Shown here in pieces: positions 1-9,098 of a DNA stretch of 20,000 nt. The notes beneath the pieces were generated by a model. That model saw only the letters and a program-made list of their open reading frames with translations, searched no databases and had not been told where the DNA came from. Origin of the DNA: Gonapodya sp. JEL0774 (taxonomy: Eukaryota); assembly GCA_027604505.1 (NCBI GenBank), contig JADIIX010000127.1, positions 45,381 to 65,380 of the forward strand, in the 5' to 3' direction. A program made the translations under genes and the position numbers. Every line of letters starts with the position of its first letter. The stretch's first letter is position 1.

Positions 1-2659
1 GGCCCGCTTCTCGCTCTCAAGTGTCTCCTTCGCCTCAACCCATTGTTCCATTACTTCACCCATCTCATCTAGTGCCTCTTCCAAGAAATGCCGGAATCGG
101 GCAACTCTGTTGGGTTGGAGGGGTGTCCCATTAGATTCCCGGAAATCTTCGAACCCATATCCACCCGTTAAACCAGTTACATTGAACCAGTATGAGTCAG
201 GGCGCACCTGGTCAAAGTAAAGCCTAGCCGTGAAATTGGAAAATGAAAGGCATCAACAACACATGAACCTACCATGTACGCAACCCCAAAACCGTCTGGC
301 GCTACTTCGCCCCACCCGTAACCCGTAAACCAATCTGACGGAATCTGACTAGTTGACAAGGTCCAGTGCTTGCTCAGCGCATAAGCCGGATCTTTGAAAA
401 ATTCGGGAATTGGTTCATCTGGGTAGAGGAGCAGGCGCAGTCCAAGAAGGTGGCGGTCGATGCCGTTGCCAGATTGGCACGACGCCATGTACGAGGATTG
501 AGCCTGACATGCGGATGAAAGGAGCCTGGCTTTTTCGAAGATCTGGAGTGCATGACAGTGAGCCACTCTTCCACAAGCAGGTACGTGGTCACGTCACAAC
601 ATCAGAGGAGCACTCACGTCTTCTTCATCATCCCAATTCTTCACAAAATCCACACTCTCCCTTGATACACTCCTGCAAGTTTCCGTCCTCCCCCAGGCAT
701 ATCTTCTCATCCCCGCCGTTTCGTACACAGCTACCCAGGACCCGTACATTCGGTAATACGCCAGTTGGATCGCCATTTGCGCGTACGCATCTGGGGAAAC
801 CTTGAACTTCTTTACGATATCTTTTCCGTAACGAGAATAACGGAGGGTGGAAAGCGTGTGGCGGCTGACAAGAGCATGAAAGGTCACGCTGGCATCGGAG
901 ATCACGTGAGTTAAGGCAGGAGATTGCTCAAAGTGAAGAAGAGTGGGTTCAGGAAGGTCGGGGTTCGAAGGGGTTGGTGGGGTAGAGAAGTCGAGGCCGT
1001 TCTTGGCTATGCTGCACACAGTCCAAACAGGCATAGAGAGAATTAGACACGATGTCACTCCACCAGTTCAGCAATTCCACTTTCCATAAAAACAAAACCC
1101 ACGTTTCGCACACAAACTCCCCCAATGTCCCCGTCGGGGTTGCGTCCATCATACTGTGCTCCCCAAGAAAGCCAGCCTTTCCATTCGCAGCCACGATAAA
1201 CTGGCACGTCTTATCAAACCAACGATTCTCTCCTCGCCCATGCCACATTAGACGTGCAACCTCCTCATTTGTCACAGGAGTATCGTCGTCCAAACACACC
1301 ATGAACACCGACGACTCGATGGCGTGTAGGTGACTCGCATGAGTAGGGTCACTCGATTTAAGCATTGCATGGTTGGCAGTCCAGTTGTCACGGTCATCAG
1401 AAGTCAAGATGCCCACCGCGGGGAAAGCCTCCGGATCTCTTTCCAGGATATTGTCTGTTTCGGTCATGATCCGCGATAGCTGATGTGCGACCTCGTGAGT
1501 GGTAAGTTGCCGTTTACCACCCACTCCATCATCGACCATCATATCGAACGTCCAGAAGGCGTTACGCCGGGCAACAGCCACATGGGTGTTGACTTCGGGG
1601 TCGGCGCAAGCGGCGTAGTCAGATGGGATTGCAGGCATGCGACAAGAATTGAAGAGGTAGCGATATTGGTGAGGGCAGAGGGGCACGTTGCGCATCGTGT
1701 CAGGTGGGAGTTTACCACTTTCGAGGAGTCGGTAGAGGTTGGCCCAGTAAGGTCAGGGCAACAGAGGCTCGCATTTTCGGCTTAAGAGTCACCTGTAAAG
1801 CCTATTTCTGAACTCATACGCAGCGCTGGTGATCGTAGCGGCCCGAAGAGCTTGGCTCTTACGCCGCTTGTCGTCCGGGAACGAGAAAAAGTAAGAGACA
1901 TTGATCACGACAGGTTCGCGGAATCTGATTGTGGAAGGTGAGACAAAGCTACGCGAATGAATGAGGTCCGCGGTGCTTACTGGAGATAGGAGTACTCATT
2001 CCACCAATCGCTACATGCAGTTCAACGGAGGGACCACATGAAAAGACAGATGGGGTCAACACCACCTGACATCGAGATGAGATATCAACTCACATCAACC
2101 AGTTGTTCCTGGTTGGTAAGGCAATTCCCTTTTCGTCCTTCCTCAATTCGGGTAGGAACTTGTTCGGCCCGAGCTCATTCGCCATCTTGGCTCTCTCAAG
2201 TAACCTCTTTTGCAAGGTGGGACCAAGCCCTCCTCGGGAATCATCCAGGAACTGTTCTGCAATATCCTGTGTGCGCTGAAAGTCTGCTTCGTTCACAAGT
2301 GGAGACACTGTGAGGAGATATTTGTCCACCGTGTCCTGAAGATTTGGAACAGGCAGCGTAGGCAAGCTGGTTATGAGTTTGTGATCACGGGTAAAAGGTG
2401 TGTGTGAGGGAAGTGGGAAGGATTTTATCAAAGTGGAGCCTTCAGGAGGCTGGTATGTGGTGAGAACGATTGGTGCTGGCGACGGCGAATCCGATTTTCT
2501 TCCTCCACCAGCAGCCAATGACACCGATGAAGAACCTCGTCGAAGAGGGGAGCTAGTTCCAGGCGTGGAAGGGCGGCGGTTTGAAGGTTTTGATTGTTCC
2601 ACCCCATCCGTTGACGGAGCCGGTGTCAACGCGAGCTGCTGCTGCTGAAACCCTGGCAT
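1..2659 (-). CDS. CAT2: Carnitine O-acetyltransferase (choline/carnitine acyltransferase family, fungal Cat2-like); 3' end lies beyond the left edge of the window
   Basis: Predicted exons (minus): 2659-2094, 2010-1981, 1924-1793, 1717-1103, 1011-618, 542-273, 207-<1, all GT..AG and frame-consistent. Family motifs: LPTLPVPNLQDT, NWLIDWW..YSYL.FREPVVINVS, PLCPHQY..LFNSCRMP, NRWFDK, catalytic GEHSMMDATP, SPDAYAQMAIQLAYYR, YETA..R.Y.WGRTET, GIDRHLLGL, WTLSTSQ, GYGWGEV.PDGFGVAY. Start codon uncertain (low-complexity N-terminus). Confidence 0.95.
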
Positions 2660-2724
2660 TCGTACTGATGATCTTCTCCTCCCAAGATACGGGGGAGGTG
2701 AGCTGGAGCTTTTGGATTAGATAG

Positions 2725-2732
2725 TGACGTCA
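2725..2732. promoter_or_regulatory. Perfect CRE/ATF-type bZIP palindrome TGACGTCA about 65 bp upstream of the predicted carnitine acetyltransferase ATG
   Basis: Exact TGACGTCA at 2725-2732. Function is not shown and one 8-mer can occur by chance. Confidence 0.25.
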
Positions 2733-3358
2733 ACTGTTCATCGCAAATTCTTGTAATTACCCCGTCGGCTGCGTTTGCGTGAGCGGCATTCCACAAAAGA
2801 TTGAGTTGCTGTCGAAAAATCGGGATTATGAGCGGAGAAGAAACAACGGGAAAGATATAACAAGTTGGAATTGAGGGTCATCGGCCCAAATAAGTTCTGG
2901 GTGGAGGGCGGCACCCCTCGCGTGGCATGATGTCATGCAATGTTTCCCCCTCACATCCACCCACCATTGGCAAATCTAACTTGAATTTCTGATGCAATTG
3001 ACCTTCTATATTTTTCAACCGGGATCAAACTTACCCATTTCGTTGAGAAAAGCGACAGCTGAGCTACACCCGACCTGGGAGACAAACAGCCTCGTGATCA
3101 TTCATGTATTTACCCGCGCCAAGGAGATATGTATTCCCTAAGACATTTCTCACTCTGTGGCTAATATAAACTGTCCATTGGACTCAGGAGGTTAGTTGAT
3201 AGAAGAATTTCATTGCGCACACGATTGGAATCTGCAAACCAAGTGTTACTACATGCGTAATTCAATTATTTAATGCAGGAAGATCGGTTGCGGCTGAATA
3301 GTATTTGGTTTGGCTTTTCAGTCGGGATGTGGTGGGGGGAGCAGCAGGTCCTCTGACA

Positions 3359-5683
3359 TCACCACTCCAGGCTTGAGACGGAACCTGAAATAAGGAACAG
3401 TGGTCATTTAGTAAGATCGTGGGGCCTAAAACTTTTAGTTGATTCTGCGATGCTCACATTGCCACTCCTCATAAAGTTTGTCATACCTCTCCCTTGAGCG
3501 CGACGTGAAAGAAGAGTGTCGATGGCGGAAGCACCAGCGGACTCTATTCTTCGACTCTGGAATAGATTTCTGGATGGGGCTTCAATTGCCGGACGGGGAA
3601 TATCCAGGCAGTCACTGTTGTGGAGAAAAAAAGTTGGCGGACAATGCGTATTCTGGAGTCAGAAAACACCTCACATTGGCAGCATGCCGTATTCCATGTT
3701 TGAAGGTCGTTCTACAATGGCCCAGCCTGTAGTGTTGCGTAAAGAGACGACTGATGTGAGCGACATTACGGACGATACCATTCACGATAACAACCTACCA
3801 TCAGGGAAGAGTGTTCGCAATTGGACGTATTCACCGGCTTGTACTTGTATTTCATCTTCTCCGTTCGGTGTAAACTGTCAGTATAGAGTGTCCAGGGTAG
3901 TAATGGGAGTAAGTGGTGGTTGAGGCTCCCAAAAGTGGGACTCACGTCATTCAGCACCACTAGCATTTCCTCCCCGGGATAGTCCACGCTCGCATTGCCA
4001 GAAAGACCTGAAGAGCTTGATATGTATGAGAAAAACCACTAAAATTGGGACGAGTGCGTTGGCGAATCGCAAAAGTGGCAGACAAGGCGTAAGCCCTCAC
4101 ATGTGGCTGGGAAAACAAGCAGCAAAGAAATCACGATCAGAGTCTCAACAATGACAAGCCGTAACAAATCCACTTTGCGTCGTAGTGCTTGAACTCACTT
4201 GAATGGTTTGTGAGCCTGAGCTCGCCGCGAACCTTTGAGATGTCAAGGTGGCCTGGCTGGACGCTACACTCCTTGTTCCGCTGTTTAATTGAGTCCGACC
4301 AGACAAATCGCCCCGAGAATAATCCGGGTACATTGGAAGGGACTTGGACACGTCGTATGTGTTGGGGGGATATTGCGTGGGGTGTCCGGAGGCATACTGC
4401 GGAACCGCGGGAGGGTAGCTTGGGGGATAGCCTGGAGGGATAGCCGACGATGCTGGCGGCAAAAACACCATATTTGATGGAGACGGGAAGTCATAAACGA
4501 AACTTCCACTGACGAGAGCTCACAATTTGACCTGTATGCAGCTTCGCCGTTCGGCAGCTTTTGATGAGTCGTTCGTTTCCTTTTGAACCTTCGAGGGACA
4601 ATATTTGAATCGATAAATGTTGTAAACGTGAACACTGTTGAACAGTGGATGCGATTACCAGATCAAGCCCAAGGCCGCCATCACCAAAACCACCGCTCCG
4701 GCCAACCCCCCAACAACAGCTGCAACTGGAAAACCAGCCCCTCCATCTCCTGGTGGTGGCGTTGTAACCGAGTTAGTGCCTGCAGTGCCTACAGTGCCTG
4801 CAGTGCCTGCATTGCCTGTGCTGCTACCTGTCGTGATTCGAAAATTCGCCGTGCTGGAGGTCAGCCGGGAGACGACGCCACTGCTTGCGGCAGTTGTGGC
4901 GAGTTGCGCATCCGATGTCGATCGGGGCGACGTGCTCGATGTGGAAGCGATGACACTAGATAGAGCACCCTGCATACTGGAAGGTGTGCCAGTTGACGCA
5001 GTCACACCACCACATTCGGGTCCTCCGCTCTTGACCTTGTCGCACGCAGACGGGACGTTCCCCGAGCAACTGTACATATTTGGATTGTCCGTACTTCCTC
5101 CAAAGAAAACAAGGGTGCATATAAATATTTTGGAGGGTATCTTGCCATCGATATTTCCCGTGATGTCGTTGTCGTTCAGAATAAGCGACGAAAGTGCAGG
5201 AGAACCGGAAAGATCCCCGAGCGCGGTGAATTTATTGCCATCTAATAGGAGCTGGTGAAGTTGTGTCAATGTAGCCAAGGACGCCGGTATTGTTCCAGTC
5301 AGTTGATTGCTGGACAAGCTGAGCACTGTGAGTGAGTTCAACCCAGTAAAGTCCGGGAGGTCCCCCGTCAATGCGTTGCTCCGTAGATTGAGCTGGGACA
5401 AGGACGTTAATCCTCGAGGATCTGGTATAGGACCGCGCAGGCCAGCCGAAATGAAGGTTATGACGACCGCGCGGTTTTGGAAGCATTGAATTCCATTGAC
5501 ACTTGTTCCGCTATAACCGCAACACTGTCCGACGGTCCAAGGAATGGTAACACCGGATTGTGTAAAGATGGTTTCCACGAACGCGCAATCAGATGCCTGT
5601 GATTGCCCCCACGATTGGCGGGGAACAGCGAGGGCAAGAGCGAGGATCCCTAGTATCGATAGGTATGAGCCAGTGCGAGCCAT
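3359..5683 (-). CDS. Single-pass receptor-like protein: signal peptide + plant-type LRR ectodomain + S/T/G stalk + TM + Pro/Tyr-rich linker + cytoplasmic SH3 domain
   Basis: ATG at 5683 (MARTGSYLSILGILALALAVP, signal-like). Predicted exons: 5683-4659, 4588-4524, 4452-4199, possible micro-exon 4106-4101, ~4038-3946, 3874-3799, 3726-3675, 3614-3487, 3384-3359 (last intron and the 4199/4038 junction less certain). LRRs: LTSLSQLNLRSNALTGDLP, LNSLTVLSLSSNQLTGTIP, LTQLHQLLLDGNKFT, ALSSLILNDNDITGNI. TM: VAAVVGGLAGAVVLVMAALGLIW followed by FKRKR. Spliced SH3: MLVVLNDFTPNGEDEIQVQAGEYVQLRTLFPDGWAIVERPSNMEYGMLPIDCL. Confidence 0.85.
4775..4819 (+). repeat. Five imperfect tandem copies of a 9-bp unit (agtgcctgc) in the stalk of the LRR receptor gene
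   Basis: agtgcctgc agtgcctac agtgcctgc agtgcctgc attgcctgt; encodes TGN-AGT-AGT-VGT-AGT on the minus strand. Confidence 0.9.
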
Positions 5684-6626
5684 CTTGACAATTTCAAGTT
5701 CCAAAAGCGATTGATGTCAGCGATTGCGCTGTTGTTTAAGGTCACTCGAGATTAATACGAATATGTCTTGTCTGGAGCGGTGGGCTCTCTCATTGTCCAA
5801 ATGGAACAGTTGTTGGTCCTTACTGATCTTGGAGGAGACAAAATAAGGTCCACTCTCCTGAATAAACAAACAGGACAACCATTCCACAGGTGGCGAACTG
5901 GTGGCGATTGTTTTGTACTTAGTTTGAGTTGATGTTACAGTCACCGTTAGTTAGGCTAATAATCAACAAATTCTCAATCGCACGCAGGTCATTTACACTT
6001 GCAAATGAATTCTTTGGGACTTAGAACAGAACATCGGATTGTTTTCTGCAACGAATGCAACTATTCTTTTCTGTGGTGATTCTTCACCGTGTGGCGTGCG
6101 GCCAAACCCTCTTTCCGCAGGGCGGCGGACATTCCACTGGTGGCCAGAGGAAGGCCGCTCCCTTGAAAATTTTTGCATTTGTATATTTGTAAATAAATTG
6201 CAATCTATTTTAGGAAAAGGGATCACCGGATGATCGCGTTTGCGGGCTGGATAAGTTCGAGAACCGGGGGCGGGCAGGTCCTGTGGAATTAATCTCAAGA
6301 TGACACGACTCCATTAGATAATCATTTTCAACGTTCAATTCGTTCCCTCTGGCCCTTTGTCCCTCGCCTCGATTTTGCCAGGAACAGCAGCTAATTTATG
6401 TTCATCATCCTTGCTGTGGCCTTGCCATCATCGAATCGCGACACTCGTCTTGTCCGTGGTTCTTCCACACTCTTGTTTCCGATTCCGTGAGTCTCAAATT
6501 GAATCTATGTGTGTTCTGATGACATGAATGTGGAGCAATCAGCACTCAAACAACACGTCTCCACTCTGCAGTGCCACGAGGAAACGCCGGGTCAGTTTTC
6601 TGCCTTACGCTACGTCACGCTCAACA

Positions 6627-7058
6627 ATGTCGGCAATCAATCTCTTGGAGTACATCGACCCCGCACTCTTCTCGGTAGAATCTTGCGTCGTGGGAGGTGT
6701 TGCTCTCGTCCTGCCTGTCGTGTAGGTTGTCACCATACGGCTTTGGATACTGGACAGTCTCGCCCTCACCCAGTCTTCTGTCAGAATTGCACTCGCTTCC
6801 CGTACCATCTCTGCCTATGAGCAGGGCCCAGGGCGGAACATTTTCCTTGCGAAGAAAAGTGCTCCATCACCGACATCGTCGCCCACCAGCTCTGTGACCC
6901 TTGTGGAGGACCTGCTGGTGGCTGATATTCTGGAGAAGGAGATGCTGGGACTGCCGCCTTTACCGACACAGACCGTGGGGAAAGTCAGTAGAGTGATTGT
7001 CATTACCCCAACGGTGCCACTTAGTTCACAATGTTTCGACAGGCATGAGCCAGCATGA
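6627..7058 (+). CDS. Possible small spliced hypothetical protein (~100-125 aa), no recognised domain
   Basis: ATG at 6627 in a good context (caacaATGtc). The 16-codon exon 6627-6674 is followed by a 51-nt GT..TAG segment (6675-6725) whose removal eliminates the only in-frame stop; the frame then stays open to TGA at 7056-7058 (or to 7048 if gtcagt..acag 6984-7042 is a second intron). No homology recognised. Confidence 0.3.
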
Positions 7059-7961
7059 CAAGAATGAAGAGCCGGGATCCTGCATTTCGTACCTTGACCT
7101 GACAGACAAAAGCAGTAATGGAATATCATAACAAAACATCGTTGAACCGAGAATGAACAGATACCAGTCATCGTCATGTATATCAATAACACATAAGAGG
7201 GGCGTTTCGCTTGTGCACCTCCAGGCTTACGAAGCGGAGTTGCCCACCAACAGCTGTCGGGGGATCAGCTAGTGGCTGCCAATTCACAAAATTACTCCCA
7301 ATTTGAAGTGTTGTATGCTTGGATAATTGTGCAAGGCAAATTAAATCCTCCGAGTAGTCGGTGACGCACAGTTGATGAATTTGGGACCCATCCCGCCTTT
7401 GCTCGGCTTGGTGCTGGCGGGCGGGCGGTTCCGCTTTCATCAACTCTCACACCGGAAACTAAAAACTTCGCCCTGGCTCGCTTCGCTCACATTGGACTCC
7501 CAAATTATAAAACAGACAAAGATTACATAATAAGCAGGAGAGTATGAGGACAGTCCGCAAATAATATACAGACACAAGGTGCCCTCGCGGTGCCAGGAGA
7601 ATATCTGAATATCTCCTCTTAAATCCCCAGCGATTCCCGACTTACATTCAAGTGAATATAGTTTTTAACACATTTTAACACATTCTCAGTGTCGCCCGGT
7701 GCACGTGGAATTTTGGTCTGAGCTTTGTGTGTTCTGCTGTTTGCTTCATGAACCAAAGAGAAACGTACTTTCCTGTCCATGTGTCCAAGGAAACAGAATA
7801 CGTCACCCACTTTTGTCACTCATTTGATTCCGTTACGTTTCTTCTTCGGACCACTCGGAGGAATGATGGTGCATGATGGTGCACAATTTCCCTTAAAGTT
7901 CCAGGCCCTCGGCGCTCCCACCGCAACCCCACAATTTTTCGCATAACCCATACTCTCCTTG

Positions 7962-8720
7962 ATGCCTTCAGATGCTAAGCTCAGTGACGAAAGGGAATCA
8001 TTGGCACCCGCAAGGGAGAGCGCAGCTGGAAAAGAGGAGCAGGAGGATGGGGACGATGAAGCAGCATCGCCAGTCAAGATCGACCCAGACATCATTGATG
8101 AGGTGTGGTTCAGGCATGAAGTGAAGAATGCTTCACAATAGTCGGTTGCTTATCCCTCTTCCCTTTCGGTTGGTTGGTTCCTTTACTATCGTTGCTATTA
8201 TCCGCCTACCATTTCCTCAGGGTATTTTCGAGCAACTGCTCGAGATGGACGAGGATGAAGATAGAGAGTTTAGCCGAGAATTGGTAGTGAACTACTTTGA
8301 GCAAGCGCGGACGACGTTTGAGCAGATGGAGAGAGACTTGTGGGTAGATATTCACCTGAGAGTTCCGCCGCATTTGATACAACACTTCTTTCTTCCTGCT
8401 TGGTAACTGTTCGGTGTTGCAAACCGGTGGTACTCTCCCTTTGCTCGTTTTGGCCTGTTTTTGGAAATTTTAGATCAAAAGAGGACCTTGAAGCCGTGGG
8501 AAAACTTGGACATTTTCTCAAGGGCAGTTCTGGTGCCCTGGGACTCATCAAAGTTCGGGCATCATGTGAGGAGATTCAGCACATGGGAAAATTGCGGCAT
8601 GGGGGCAAATGTGTCCCGAGGGATGAAGCTCTGCGAATCGTGGGCGAAACCGTGGAGAGAGTCAAGAGTGAATTCGAAGAGGCACGAAGAGAACTAGCGA
8701 AATTCTACGATATCGAATGA
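7962..8720 (+). CDS. YPD1: Histidine-containing phosphotransfer (HPt) protein, Ypd1/Mpr1 family
   Basis: Exons 7962-8102, 8221-8339, 8474-8720 give ..IIDEGIFEQLLEMDEDEDREFSRELVVNYFEQARTTFEQMERDLSKEDLEAVGKLGHFLKGSSGALGLIKVRASCEEIQHMGK..ELAKFY. Canonical GHFLKGSS motif, with the phospho-accepting His codon at 8511-8513. Confidence 0.95.
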
Positions 8721-9098
8721 TTGTTCTTGATTTTGGGCTGCTGGATTTCTTGGGAGACGGTGTCCGTCATATTTTTAGTACGGGTTCGGGTAATGTCGTT
8801 TTTTTTGAGCGTAATCGGGAGTATAGACATTGCGGCCTGAAGCGAGGGTCTGGACAACATCTAATTGCAATCCTAGTTTGCTCCACCGCAATACATCATT
8901 TCACTCATTTCGCCGAACGTGCTCAAGATTGGAAGTCATCTCGACATACTACTGGGGAAAACTTCCCCACCCCAAACAGGAACAAGATCCGGAATTTCAT
9001 TGTGGCGACTAAATGACCACCGTCAAAATGTCACCAGTCGTGATATCCGTTTTATTCACATGTGATGATGTTAGATCCCAACCCCTGCTCATGTCCGT

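Noticed and set aside
3478..3923. Plus-strand ORFs of 84 and 135 aa
   Set aside because: Antisense to the SH3-coding exons, which have consistent splice signals and a recognisable domain.
3359..4650. Kinase domain expected for an LRR receptor-like kinase
   Set aside because: No HRD/DFG-type kinase motifs noticed downstream of the TM and too little coding space; an SH3 is present instead.
4775..4819. Repeat as a CRISPR-like or mobile-element signature
   Set aside because: No spacers, 9-bp unit, in-frame coding repeat in a eukaryotic gene.
4638..5258. 206-aa plus-strand ORF
   Set aside because: Antisense shadow of the LRR/stalk/TM exon; TTG start and no independent domain.
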